This document shows positions 47,821 to 57,242 of a stretch of 64,000 bases of DNA, one piece after another (within the stretch, counting starts at the first letter, position 1; each line of letters begins with the position of its first letter). The stretch comes from an uncultured Clostridia bacterium. Lineage in GTDB: Bacteria > Bacillota > Clostridia > TANB77 > CAG-508. A model generated the notes under the pieces. That model had not been told where the DNA came from, searched no databases, and saw only the letters and a list, made by a program, of their open reading frames with translations. Location of the stretch: assembly GCA_947630545.1 (NCBI GenBank), contig CANRHX010000005.1, forward strand, positions 44 to 64,043, in the 5' to 3' direction. The translations under genes were made by a program, and so were the position numbers.

Positions 47821-49476
47821 TTATTTAGCATTTAAGCGTTCATAAATAACAAAATAGTCGTCTGAATAAATTTTATTATAATTTTTATCTTGTGATTTAT
47901 CAATTAACATACTTATTTTAGAATTTGAATATACAAGAATATGTGTAAAATTATATTTTTCGAAAATATCTTCATAATAAGCTCCCACACTTGAAACATT
48001 TATAAAGTCACTAAAAATGTCATCCTCTAATCCACTAAATTCAGGTGCATATAAATCAGCTCTGGAATCAATAAATACTGGGATTCCTCTAAATATCATA
48101 TAACTACCATAATTATATTCATTATAAAACCTAGCTTTGCTTAAATCTATATTCTCCAATATATAATCACAAGCCTCTACAGGATAAGTTGATTCACTAA
48201 CAAATTCATCATATTTTTTATGTTTTGCTTTATCATAAGAAAGCCATAATACTAAAAGTATAATAATAACTAGTGGTATTGACTTTAATATCCTTTCAGA
48301 AATTTTTTGTAGCATTTCTGGATCATATTCATTTATCATTTCTACAATTAATCTACTTAATACTATTGACCCAATAATTGAAAATAATGACAATTGCCTT
48401 CTTGTATATAACATTAGTAACGTTAATCCACCTATCATAAATAAATCATTTAATTTTATTTTTGCCTTTGTAAATGTTATAATACTTAATAAAATTATTA
48501 TCGTACATAACACTTCTGGCTGATTTGAAATTGTCATTGGCAAATGTTCATTTATACTTTTTGTTGTGTTACCTTCCATTGTTTTTGTTAAATATGTAAA
48601 TGGTGTATCTCCTATAGGTGTCATTAGTCCAGTAAAGATGCATAATATCATAATTAAAATTAGCAATTTTACATTTTTATTTTTTGTTATTTTAATTTTA
48701 TATGGATTTTCTAGATTTTTAGCACGTTTAATTTTTATTTTTTCAACTTTTTCATTTAGTTCATCTAATTGCTTCTTAAATTTTTCTCTTTTTGCTTCAT
48801 CTTTTGTAAATTTTATTTTTCTTTTTAATTTCAATTCTTTAGATTTTCTATATATTATAAAATCTCCTAAAATTGCAACCAAGTATTCTCCTATATATGG
48901 CAAAAATAAAACAAAGAAAAATGGCCAAACTGCGGTGTGTAGGTTTGCTATTAATAGTGCAATTATAAATAGTCCTAATCCATATCGCATCTTTTTATTT
49001 TCTATAAACTTTTCAATAAAATATACTTCTAAAATAAATAATATAAATGTTACAAGTTGAGCTCTTGCTGTAATATAACCTATTATTAAATATAAAGCAC
49101 CTATTGTCACTATAAGTGAAATTACATTGTTTTTGGACAATTTGCTATTTACAAAATATATTAAAATTCCAAGTACACTTGTTAAAATACACGTGGTAAC
49201 ATATATTCCAGTAAATCCAAAGGTTTCATAGATTTTAAATGTTAATAAATCATATAACCAATGTGGGTACGTATAATTTAATCCTTCATGCCAAGAAAAT
49301 GGATCTTTCATATCAATTCCATTATTTTGTATATGTTCCCCTATTTTTATTGTGTAGTATGTATCATTTTGTAATGTTATTGGCGATATTGCAACACAAA
49401 ATATTACAATTAATATAATCGCAATTATTGAAAATTTTACATTATTACTTAATATTTTTTTCTTATTTTTTTCCAT
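47821..49476 (-). CDS. Polytopic integral membrane protein (GT-C/ArnT-like shape), unknown function
   Basis: 551 aa with more than 10 predicted hydrophobic helices, a central K-rich loop and a soluble C-terminal domain. No catalytic motif recognised with confidence. Confidence 0.55.
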   Translation of the reverse strand: MEKNKKKILSNNVKFSIIAIILIVIFCVAISPITLQNDTYYTIKIGEHIQNNGIDMKDPFSWHEGLNYTYPHWLYDLLTFKIYETFGFTGIYVTTCILTSVLGILIYFVNSKLSKNNVISLIVTIGALYLIIGYITARAQLVTFILFILEVYFIEKFIENKKMRYGLGLFIIALLIANLHTAVWPFFFVLFLPYIGEYLVAILGDFIIYRKSKELKLKRKIKFTKDEAKREKFKKQLDELNEKVEKIKIKRAKNLENPYKIKITKNKNVKLLILIMILCIFTGLMTPIGDTPFTYLTKTMEGNTTKSINEHLPMTISNQPEVLCTIIILLSIITFTKAKIKLNDLFMIGGLTLLMLYTRRQLSLFSIIGSIVLSRLIVEMINEYDPEMLQKISERILKSIPLVIIILLVLWLSYDKAKHKKYDEFVSESTYPVEACDYILENIDLSKARFYNEYNYGSYMIFRGIPVFIDSRADLYAPEFSGLEDDIFSDFINVSSVGAYYEDIFEKYNFTHILVYSNSKISMLIDKSQDKNYNKIYSDDYFVIYERLNAK

Positions 49477-49524
49477 GCTTATTTCCTTCCTTTTTCACTT
49501 TTTAGATTATATCAAATAACTAAT

Positions 49525-49554
49525 AAAAAAGCCAGATATAATCTGGCTTTTTTT
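49525..49554 (-). terminator. Intrinsic terminator after the SSB-like gene
   Basis: aaaaaa-gccagat-ata-atctggc-ttttttt. U-tract on both strands. Confidence 0.7.
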
Positions 49555-49562
49555 ATATTTTT

Positions 49563-50261
49563 TTATACTGCTTCTTCTTTTTGTTCTTGTTCATTTTCTG
49601 AATTATTTTCATTAATAACTTCTAGACTACCTATAGAAACTTCATAAGCTACTCTAGTTTCTGATGTTCCATCTTCAAATTTTTTCTCATAAGTTCTTGA
49701 TTGAACTCTTCCAACTACTTTTACTTGTGTTCCTACTTCTATTGTTTGGCAAAATCTTGCATTTCTTCCCCAAGCAATACATGGTATATAGTCTGACTTA
49801 TTGTATGCTCTGTTTACTGCAAGTAATATGTCTGCAATTTCTCTACCAAATGGAGTTTGACGATAAATTGGTTTTTTACATATGTAACCTATTAATACAA
49901 CTTCGTTTGTTACAATGTCTTTTTTTACCATTTCGTTTTCTTCATTTTCTTCTTTTTCTTCAACTTCAACAATATCTTTTGCAAATACCGTTAAAATCAA
50001 CTTATTTTTTTCATTCTCGTAGCTGTTATAAGATCTAAATTGACCTTTTACTAGTAATTTTTTCCCTTCTAATAACATATTATCTGTTATTATTCTTTCT
50101 GAAATTGTAACTGGGATTACATCAGAATTTCCACTTAATCTTGGAATTTCAAGATTAAATATGAAAAATCTCTCCCCATAAATTTCATGGCTTAGTCTTT
50201 TTTCTCCTGTAACTTTACCAACTAATGTAATATAGTTGTTTTCTAAAAAATTTGTATCCAA
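49563..50261 (-). CDS. SSB-like protein with two OB folds in one polypeptide
   Basis: OB1: NNYITLVGKV...FIFNLEIPRLSGNSDVIPV...LLVKGQFRSYN. OB2: NEVVLIGYICKKPIYRQTPFGREIADILLAVNR...IPCIAWGRNA...VKVVGRVQSRTYE. Acidic tail without the canonical D-D-D-I-P-F ending. Confidence 0.6.
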   Translation of the reverse strand: MDTNFLENNYITLVGKVTGEKRLSHEIYGERFFIFNLEIPRLSGNSDVIPVTISERIITDNMLLEGKKLLVKGQFRSYNSYENEKNKLILTVFAKDIVEVEEKEENEENEMVKKDIVTNEVVLIGYICKKPIYRQTPFGREIADILLAVNRAYNKSDYIPCIAWGRNARFCQTIEVGTQVKVVGRVQSRTYEKKFEDGTSETRVAYEVSIGSLEVINENNSENEQEQKEEAV

Positions 50262-50432
50262 TTTTTTTCCTCCCCTATCTTTTTTTATTTATCAATTGTA
50301 CTTTTTTCTTTTAGCTTTTCCATCTTTTTCTATTATACACTATTTTTTTGGTTTTGTCTACATAAAAAGTTAAATTTTATCTTTTTTTCCTTATTTTAAC
50401 AATATTGTAACTATTATTTTTTGGATTTATGT

Positions 50433-50927
50433 TTATAAATACAATTGCTTTATAATAAATGATACTAAGATTTCATATAAATTTGTTCTTTCTTCTTTAT
50501 TTATTTTTAAATTATATTCACCTACTTCAACTAATTTTTCATTTTTGTTCATAAAACTTCTTTGCACTGAAATTAATATATTTTCATCCGTTATGCTTGA
50601 AAAAGTTATTGTAGATTTATGATTAAGTCCGAATGTTAATATATTTGCTTTAATGTCTGCTAATACATCTAACATTATTTTAATATCAGAATTAATAATT
50701 AAATATCTAATATCCTTACAAATCAGTTGTAAATTAGAATTTTGATTTTTAAATTTTTCTATGGAATCTAATAATACTATTGTATCAAATTTAATATTTT
50801 TTAAATTTTCTATATTTTTATTATTAATGTTTATTAACGTAATTTCATTTTTATTCACATTTTTTTGTATGTTTTTTTTAATTATATCAAATTTTTGGTG
50901 TTCAGAAATCACCCCAATAAAAGCCAT
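50433..50927 (-). CDS. Hypothetical protein
   Basis: 164-aa ORF with codon usage like its neighbours. No motif recognised. Confidence 0.5.
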   Translation of the reverse strand: MAFIGVISEHQKFDIIKKNIQKNVNKNEITLININNKNIENLKNIKFDTIVLLDSIEKFKNQNSNLQLICKDIRYLIINSDIKIMLDVLADIKANILTFGLNHKSTITFSSITDENILISVQRSFMNKNEKLVEVGEYNLKINKEERTNLYEILVSFIIKQLYL

Positions 50928-50960
50928 GTTAACCCCCTTCTTTTGGGGATATTATTTCCT

Positions 50961-51155
50961 TTATTTTACAATATTATTCGCAATTACATTATTTTCTTTA
51001 ACATTATTTTCCTGAACATTATTTACTTGTATAGAATTAGAAGATGTTTCTACTACTTTGTCTGTGTTTACTTTTGCTATAAAAAATAAAAAACATACTG
51101 TTAAAACTGAAACAACATATGCACATATCTTTTCTTTATTTAAAACTAAAAACAT
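50961..51155 (-). CDS. Small membrane-anchored hypothetical protein
   Basis: GGAGG RBS 5 nt before the ATG at 51155 (MFLVLNKEKICAYVVSVLTVCFLFFIAKV...). One TM helix. Confidence 0.45.
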   Translation of the reverse strand: MFLVLNKEKICAYVVSVLTVCFLFFIAKVNTDKVVETSSNSIQVNNVQENNVKENNVIANNIVK

Positions 51156-51291
51156 ATAAACCTCCAAGCTTCTACTTTAATTTTATGATTTTAATTTACT
51201 TTTATTACATTCAAATTCAATCACATTTCGACATTCTTTTCATAAAATATATTAAGTAGGTTGCTACTAAAACTTTGAAAGGATGATAAAA

Positions 51292-51735
51292 ATGGAAGAA
51301 TTTAAAAAACCAGAATGCCCTAAAATTGACGTAGATGGAGTAATTAGTAAAGGCAAACAATTTGACTTAGATATAACTTTACCAGAAGATCATAGAAATG
51401 TAATTTATGGAATTGTAAAAGATTGCTTTAAAGAACCAGTTCAAGATGCTGTTGTTAAGTTAGTTGAAGTTGTATATGATTGCGGAAAGGAAGAAAGAAG
51501 ACCTGTTGGTCATACTTTTACTGATAAAGAAGGAGAATTTGTTTTTGGACCTCTTTGCCCAGATAAAAAATATGCAATTCAAATTTGGGTAAACGATACT
51601 AAACAAATAAAAATTTGTGCTAAATGTAATCATGAAGGTAAATGCTTAAAAGGCAAAAAAGAAGAAAAATGCGATTGTTTTGTAGACGACAATAAATTAA
51701 TGCCTAGATCTACAGAAGATATAGTTGAATTATAA
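51292..51735 (+). CDS. CarboxypepD_reg-like (prealbumin-fold) domain protein with Cys-rich tail
   Basis: AAAGGA RBS then the ATG at 51292. IYGIVKD...VVKLVE...TDKEGEFVFGPL...YAIQIW. Tail CAKCNHEGKCLKGKKEEKCDC. Confidence 0.5.
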   Translation: MEEFKKPECPKIDVDGVISKGKQFDLDITLPEDHRNVIYGIVKDCFKEPVQDAVVKLVEVVYDCGKEERRPVGHTFTDKEGEFVFGPLCPDKKYAIQIWVNDTKQIKICAKCNHEGKCLKGKKEEKCDCFVDDNKLMPRSTEDIVEL

Positions 51736-51765
51736 TTTTATTAATCTTTTTATAATAAAAAATCA

Positions 51766-51810
51766 AAAATGAATTCGTAATCCTATTAATTAGGATTAGA
51801 ATTCATTTTT
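51766..51810. terminator. Long bidirectional hairpin terminator
   Basis: aaatgaattc(g)taatccta-ttaa-ttaggatta-gaattcattt with flanking A/T runs, between convergent stops. Confidence 0.7.
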
Positions 51811-51813
51811 TAA

Positions 51814-52335
51814 CTATAATTGTGCCCAAACAATTTTATTTTGTAATTTACTATTTTTTACATCTATTAATCTTTGATTTTCTGAGCCTCTAAACTGAAG
51901 ATTTAAATTTCTTTTTTCTAATTCAAACTTTCCATCAACTAAAACGTCTATATTATCCATTATCTCTTTTGTTTCTGGCCATTCATTATACATATGTCCC
52001 ATAACATCTTTTTCATAATCAAATCCTGTATAACACCATATAGTTTTATTGGGAAGTTTTTCTTTAACTTTCTTAATTAACCTTACTAATCCTTTTTGAT
52101 TTTCTCTTTCAAGTGGTTCACCACCAAGTAGCGTTAGACCTGTTATATATTCTTTATCTAAATCTTCTATAATATTATCTATTGTTTCTTCTGAAAAATC
52201 ATTACCATAATTGAAGTTCCAAGCTTTTTCATTAAAGCATCCTTTACAATGATGATTACATCCACTTACAAATAATGATACTCTAACTCCTGGCCCATTT
52301 GCTACATCACATTTTTTTATTGCTGCATACTTCAT
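51814..52335 (-). CDS. nrdG: Anaerobic ribonucleotide reductase activating protein (radical SAM)
   Basis: Start moved to MKYAAIKKCDVANGPGVRVSLFVSGCNHHCKGCFN (ATG 52335, AAGGAG RBS at 52347-52352). The track's N-terminal extension runs through the palindromic unit. Confidence 0.9.
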   Translation of the reverse strand: MKYAAIKKCDVANGPGVRVSLFVSGCNHHCKGCFNEKAWNFNYGNDFSEETIDNIIEDLDKEYITGLTLLGGEPLERENQKGLVRLIKKVKEKLPNKTIWCYTGFDYEKDVMGHMYNEWPETKEIMDNIDVLVDGKFELEKRNLNLQFRGSENQRLIDVKNSKLQNKIVWAQL

Positions 52336-52356
52336 AATATTTAATACTCCTTTTTT

Positions 52357-52387
52357 TGTGTCAACCAAACCCGGAACCAATGACACA
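52357..52387. repeat. Single 31-bp unit of the palindromic element, copy C, in the nrdD-nrdG spacer
   Basis: tgtgtcaaccaaacccggaaccaatgacaca flanked by T7 and A5. Differs by one base from the reverse complement of unit 35426-35456. Confidence 0.85.
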
Positions 52388-52396
52388 AAAATTTTC

Positions 52397-54523
52397 TTAC
52401 AAGTGCAATACCCTTGATTTTATCTCTTTTGTTTTGCCAGTATTCCAAAAATTCTCTCCAAGATAGCCACAAGTTCTTCTAACAACATTCATTTTTGAAT
52501 GATCCTTATTTCCACATTGTGGGCACTCCCATTCATTATTATCATTTATTTGAATTTCTCCATCAAATCCACATACATGGCAATAATCTGATTTTGTATT
52601 AAATTCTGCATATTGAATATTATCATATATAAATTTAACTGCTGTTTCCAATGCAGATAAATTATTTTTCATATTTGGTATTTCAACATAAGATATTGCT
52701 CCGCCTGTAGATAGCTTTTGAAAATCACTTTCAAATTTTAATTTATCAAATGCATCTATTTTTTCTCTAACATCTACATGATATGAATTTGTGTAATATC
52801 CTTTGTCAGTAATATCTGTTATTTCACCAAATTTTTCTTTATCTATTCTTGCAAATTTATAACACAAACTTTCTGCTGGTGTACCATACAATGCAAATCC
52901 TATATTTGTTTCTTTTTTCCACTTTTCAACAGTATCTTTTAAGTATTTCATTACTTTTAATGCAAATTCTCTTCCTTCTGGTGTTGTATGAGATACACCC
53001 TTTACAAGTTTAGTCATTTCATATATTCCTATATATCCCAAAGATATAGTAGAATAACCACCATACAATAAATTGTCTATTTTTTCACCTTTTTCTAATC
53101 TTGCAATTGCACCATATTGCCAATGAATTGGGCTTATATCTGATTTTGTGCCAAGCAAAGCATAATGGCGACACATTAATGCTTCTTTACATATTTCTAA
53201 TCTCTCATCTAATAATTTCCAAAATTTTTCTTCATCTCCGTCTGCTATAATTCCAATTTGAGGTAAATTAATGCTTACTACACCTTGATTAAATCTTCCT
53301 TCAAATTTATAATTTCCATTTTCATCTTTCCAAGGTGATAAAAAACTTCTGCATCCCATTGGGCTAAATACATTTCCTTCGTAATTTTCTCTCATTTTTT
53401 TAGCTGATATATAGTCTGGATACATTCTTTTAGCTGAGCATTTTACTGCAAGTTTTGTTAAATAATCATATTTTCCACCTTTTAAGCAGTTATGTTCATC
53501 TAAAACATATACCAATTTTGGAAATGCTGGTGTAACATATACACCTGCCTCATTTTTTATTCCTTCATATCTTTGTTTTAGTACCTCTTCAATTATCATT
53601 GCATTTTCTTTTATATATGGATCATTTTCTTCTAAATGCAAGAATAATGTTACAAATGGAGATTGACCATTTGTTGTCATTAAAGTATTTATTTGGTATT
53701 GTATTGTTTGAACTCCTGCCTTTAATTCTGATTTTATTCTATCTTCAACAATTTCTTCTAACATTTCTTTAGAAATTTTATTTTTATATTTTTCTGATAA
53801 TTCTTTTCTAAATTTGTCATAACTTTTTCTTAAATATTTTCCTAAATGTATTAAATCTACAGATTGTCCACCATATTGATTGCTTGCTACAGCTGCTATT
53901 ATTTGTGTTGTAACTGTACATGCAACTTGAAAACTTTTTGGACTTTCTATTAATTTTCCATTCATTACTGTTCCATTGTCTAGCATGTCAGCTATATTGA
54001 TTAAACAGCAATTGAATATAGGCTGAACAAAATAATCTGCATCATGAAAATGTAAAATGCCTTCTTGATGTGCTTTTACTATTTTTTCTGGTAGTAGTAA
54101 CCTATTTGTTAAATCTCTAGATACTTCTCCTGCTATGTAATCTCTTTGTGTTGATGCAAGCATTGTATTTTTATTTGAATTTTCTTCTGCCAGCTCTTTA
54201 TTCTCGTTTCTTATTAGTCCTAATATTGATTCGTCTGTTGTGTTTTGTTTTCTAACTAATGCTCTTGTGTATCTATAAACAATATATTTTTTAGCTAATT
54301 CAAATCTTTTTCTATCCATCAACTGTTGTTCTATTATATCTTGAATATCTTCAACAAGCATTCTTTTTTTGTTTAATTCTTCTATATATTTTACTATTTC
54401 TTTTATTTCTTCTTTTGTAGCTCTTTCTTTTGCTCTTACTTCTTGATTTGCTTTTTCAATTGCAATAGCAATTTTTTCTTTATTATAATCTACTGCTCTT
54501 CCATCCCTTTTTATAACTTTCAT
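52397..54523 (-). CDS. nrdD: Anaerobic ribonucleoside-triphosphate reductase
   Basis: Start moved to MKVIKRDGRAVDYNKEKI (ATP-cone) after a GGAGGAAC RBS. C-terminal Zn ribbon CHVCG...CPQCG and glycyl radical RRTCGYLG. Confidence 0.95.
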   Translation of the reverse strand: MKVIKRDGRAVDYNKEKIAIAIEKANQEVRAKERATKEEIKEIVKYIEELNKKRMLVEDIQDIIEQQLMDRKRFELAKKYIVYRYTRALVRKQNTTDESILGLIRNENKELAEENSNKNTMLASTQRDYIAGEVSRDLTNRLLLPEKIVKAHQEGILHFHDADYFVQPIFNCCLINIADMLDNGTVMNGKLIESPKSFQVACTVTTQIIAAVASNQYGGQSVDLIHLGKYLRKSYDKFRKELSEKYKNKISKEMLEEIVEDRIKSELKAGVQTIQYQINTLMTTNGQSPFVTLFLHLEENDPYIKENAMIIEEVLKQRYEGIKNEAGVYVTPAFPKLVYVLDEHNCLKGGKYDYLTKLAVKCSAKRMYPDYISAKKMRENYEGNVFSPMGCRSFLSPWKDENGNYKFEGRFNQGVVSINLPQIGIIADGDEEKFWKLLDERLEICKEALMCRHYALLGTKSDISPIHWQYGAIARLEKGEKIDNLLYGGYSTISLGYIGIYEMTKLVKGVSHTTPEGREFALKVMKYLKDTVEKWKKETNIGFALYGTPAESLCYKFARIDKEKFGEITDITDKGYYTNSYHVDVREKIDAFDKLKFESDFQKLSTGGAISYVEIPNMKNNLSALETAVKFIYDNIQYAEFNTKSDYCHVCGFDGEIQINDNNEWECPQCGNKDHSKMNVVRRTCGYLGENFWNTGKTKEIKSRVLHL

Positions 54524-54726
54524 AACTGTTCCTCCATTTCGTATTATGAGCTCATTATAATGGTAGATTTTTTTAGTTTCTAGTTGCAATTGCAACATTT
54601 TTATTTTGAGTTTCATATTTTGAAGGTTACTCTAAGTATTCGACTTTTTATTACATTTTTATTACAAAATGTTCGGTTAACATAGTTATGTGACAACCAT
54701 TCATTTCTTTATATAGTTAAAATTTG

Positions 54727-54767
54727 CCAAAAAGATAGCGTGCAGATTATATAAAAAATCTACACGC
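54727..54767 (-). terminator. Terminator after the GC-rich 62-aa gene
   Basis: Stem gcgtgcagat/atctacacgc (one G-U) followed by a T-run on the minus strand. Confidence 0.6.
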
Positions 54768-54774
54768 CTTTGGC

Positions 54775-54963
54775 TTAATTATTACCAAATTTTACCGTTA
54801 TGGCAATAGTTGTAATGATTTTCCCTCGCTCATCCTTGGTCATACCAACAGACGGAGCGCTTCTCTCAATTTCCACCAATCCACGCCGAGTTTTGTAGGC
54901 TTGAATTCGGGCATTAAGATCGTCCTCGGAATTTGCTAAGAAAGTGTAAAATTCAGTATTCAT
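54775..54963 (-). CDS. 62-aa protein with foreign (GC-rich) codon usage; faint Cse60-like pattern
   Basis: GGAGGG RBS 6 nt before the ATG at 54963. MNTEFYTFLANSEDDLNARIQAYKTRRGLVEIERSAPSVGMTKDERGKIITTIAITVKFGNN. About 41% G+C by hand count. Confidence 0.55.
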   Translation of the reverse strand: MNTEFYTFLANSEDDLNARIQAYKTRRGLVEIERSAPSVGMTKDERGKIITTIAITVKFGNN

Positions 54964-55086
54964 GTTTATCCCTCCATGAAAAGTTGCGCTCTCGATAAAT
55001 CGAGAACTTTGTCCATTTGCTAACATACAAATATTATATCATATTATGTAAAGAAAATCAAATTTTTTCTATTAGTTTAAAATGTC

Positions 55087-55115
55087 TTGACACAAAGATA
55101 TTTTAAGAATATACT
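55087..55115 (+). promoter_or_regulatory. Promoter of the oxidoreductase operon
   Basis: TTGACA, 17 nt, TATACT, about 35 nt upstream of the AAGGAGG RBS. Confidence 0.6.
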
Positions 55116-55149
55116 ATGAATGTAAAAATATAGTAAGGAGGCAACCCAT

Positions 55150-55731
55150 ATGAACAACTTAATCGAAATAAGATGGCATGGTAGAGGTGGTCAAGGTGCA
55201 AAAACAGCATCATTATTACTTGCTGATGCAGCATTTAACACAGGAAAATATATTCAAGGCTTCCCTGAATATGGTCCTGAAAGAATGGGAGCACCAATAA
55301 CTGCATACAACAGAATCAGTGATAAACCAATTACTATTCATAGTAACATTTATGAACCAGACTATGTTGTTGTTGTTGATGACACTCTATTAGAATCTGT
55401 TAATGTAACAGGTGGTTTAAAAGAAGAAGGAGCAATAGTTATTAATACTACAAAAGATGCAGAATATCTAACATCAGTTTTAAAAGGATACAAAGGAAGC
55501 ATTTATACAATTGATGCAAGAAAAGTATCAATGGAAGCACTTGGAAAATATTTTCCAAATACGCCAATGCTTGCTGCAATAGTAAAAGTATCTGGAATTA
55601 TGACAGACGAAGCATTACTTAAAGATATGGAAGGTTCATTTAAGCATAAATTTGCAAAAAAACCTGAAGTAATTGAAGGAAATATGAAAGCTTTAGAATT
55701 AGCTTTAAAAGAAGTAAAAAAAATCCAATAG
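55150..55731 (+). CDS. porC: 2-oxoacid (pyruvate-type):ferredoxin oxidoreductase gamma subunit
   Basis: IRWHGRGGQGAKTASLLLA... typical gamma subunit. Substrate specificity cannot be determined from the sequence. Confidence 0.85.
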   Translation: MNNLIEIRWHGRGGQGAKTASLLLADAAFNTGKYIQGFPEYGPERMGAPITAYNRISDKPITIHSNIYEPDYVVVVDDTLLESVNVTGGLKEEGAIVINTTKDAEYLTSVLKGYKGSIYTIDARKVSMEALGKYFPNTPMLAAIVKVSGIMTDEALLKDMEGSFKHKFAKKPEVIEGNMKALELALKEVKKIQ

Positions 55732-55744
55732 TTTAAGAAAGGTG

Positions 55745-56053
55745 ATGAATATGACAGAAATAAATTCAAATACACCTATGGAAAAACTAACAATAGGTGG
55801 AAATATTTATGACGCTGGAAATGCAAGAGATTTCAAAACTGGTGATTGGAGAAGTTTAAGACCTGTATTCCATGAAGATAAATGTAAACAATGTGGAATG
55901 TGCTTTCCAGTATGTCCAGAAAATGCTATTCCAGTTAAAGATGATTTAAAAAGAACAGATTTCAATTTTGACTATTGCAAAGGATGTGGAGTATGTGCTA
56001 AAGTATGCCCATTCGGTGCAATTTCTATGGTGGAAGAAGGTGTTGACAAATGA
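55745..56053 (+). CDS. porD: Oxidoreductase delta subunit (2x[4Fe-4S] ferredoxin)
   Basis: CKQCGMCFPVCP and CKGCGVCAKVCP clusters. The start is ambiguous (GTG 55742, ATG 55745 or 55751). Confidence 0.85.
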   Translation: MNMTEINSNTPMEKLTIGGNIYDAGNARDFKTGDWRSLRPVFHEDKCKQCGMCFPVCPENAIPVKDDLKRTDFNFDYCKGCGVCAKVCPFGAISMVEEGVDK

Positions 56054-57240
56054 GTATAAGAGAAAGATTGAGTGGTAATGAAGCTGCAGCAACTGCAATG
56101 AAACAAATAAATCCAGACGTTGTAGCAGCATTTCCTATTACACCATCTACAGAAATTCCCCAATATTTTTCAACATTCGTAGCAAATGGTACTGTTGATA
56201 CAGAATTCGTTGCAGTAGAAAGCGAACATAGCGCAATGAGTGCTTGTATAGGAGCTGAAGCTGCTGGTTCAAGAGCAATGACTGCTACATCTGCAAACGG
56301 TCTATCTTTAATGTGGGAAATGATTTATATAGCATCAAGTTTAAGACTTCCAATAGTTATGTCATTAGTTAACAGGGCTGTATCAGGACCTTTAAACATA
56401 CATAATGATCACTCTGATGCAATGGGTGTTCGAGATGCCGGATGGGTTATGCTCTTTTCAGAAAATAACCAAGAAGCTTATGATAACCTACTTATGGCAC
56501 ATAGAATTGCTGAACACAAAGATGTTTTACTTCCATTAATGGTTTGCCAAGATGGATTTATAACATCACATTCTATTGAAAATATAGAACTTGAAGAAGA
56601 TGAAAAAGTTAAAGAATTTGTTGGAACATATAAACCAGAACATTATTTATTAAATAGACAAGAACCAATTGCAGTTGGGCCTTTAGATTTACAATCACAC
56701 TTATTTGAACACAAAGCTCAACAAGCAAATGCAATGAGAAATGCAAAAAATGTAATTTTAGAAGTATCAAAAGAATTTGAAAAAATGACTGGCAGAAAAT
56801 ATGGATTGTTTGAAGAATATAAATTAGATGATGCTGAAATAGCAATAGTTTGTATGAATTCAACAGCTGGAACTACAAAATTTGTTATAGATAATTTAAG
56901 AGAAAAAGGAGTTAAAGCAGGTCTTCTAAAAATAAGAGTCTACAGACCATTCCCTGGTGAAGAAGTTGCAAAAGCCTTATCTCATTTAAAAGCAGTTGCA
57001 GTTTTAGATAAATCTGATTCATTAAATGCTATTGGTGGTGCATTGTTTAGTGATGTAACATCAAGTATGTTTACAAATGGAGTTCAAGTCCCTACTGTAA
57101 ATTATATTTATGGAATTGGTGGTAGAGATACAACATCTACACAAATTGAATCAGTATTTAGTGATTTACAAGAAATTGTTAAAACTGGAAAAGTTGAAAA
57201 CCCTTATAGATATTTAGGTTTGAGAAAGGAGGAAAAATAA
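56050..57240 (+). CDS. porA: Oxidoreductase alpha subunit
   Basis: GNEAAATAMKQINPDVVAAFPITPSTEI.... 396 aa. 4-nt overlap with the delta subunit gene. Confidence 0.88.
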   Translation: MSIRERLSGNEAAATAMKQINPDVVAAFPITPSTEIPQYFSTFVANGTVDTEFVAVESEHSAMSACIGAEAAGSRAMTATSANGLSLMWEMIYIASSLRLPIVMSLVNRAVSGPLNIHNDHSDAMGVRDAGWVMLFSENNQEAYDNLLMAHRIAEHKDVLLPLMVCQDGFITSHSIENIELEEDEKVKEFVGTYKPEHYLLNRQEPIAVGPLDLQSHLFEHKAQQANAMRNAKNVILEVSKEFEKMTGRKYGLFEEYKLDDAEIAIVCMNSTAGTTKFVIDNLREKGVKAGLLKIRVYRPFPGEEVAKALSHLKAVAVLDKSDSLNAIGGALFSDVTSSMFTNGVQVPTVNYIYGIGGRDTTSTQIESVFSDLQEIVKTGKVENPYRYLGLRKEEK

Positions 57241-57242
57241 TT

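Noticed and set aside
54524-54774. NrdR box upstream of nrdD (best candidate ACATAACTATGT around 54680)
   Set aside because: It gives only a partial 12-nt symmetric match that does not fit the 16-bp NrdR consensus, and there is no tandem second box.
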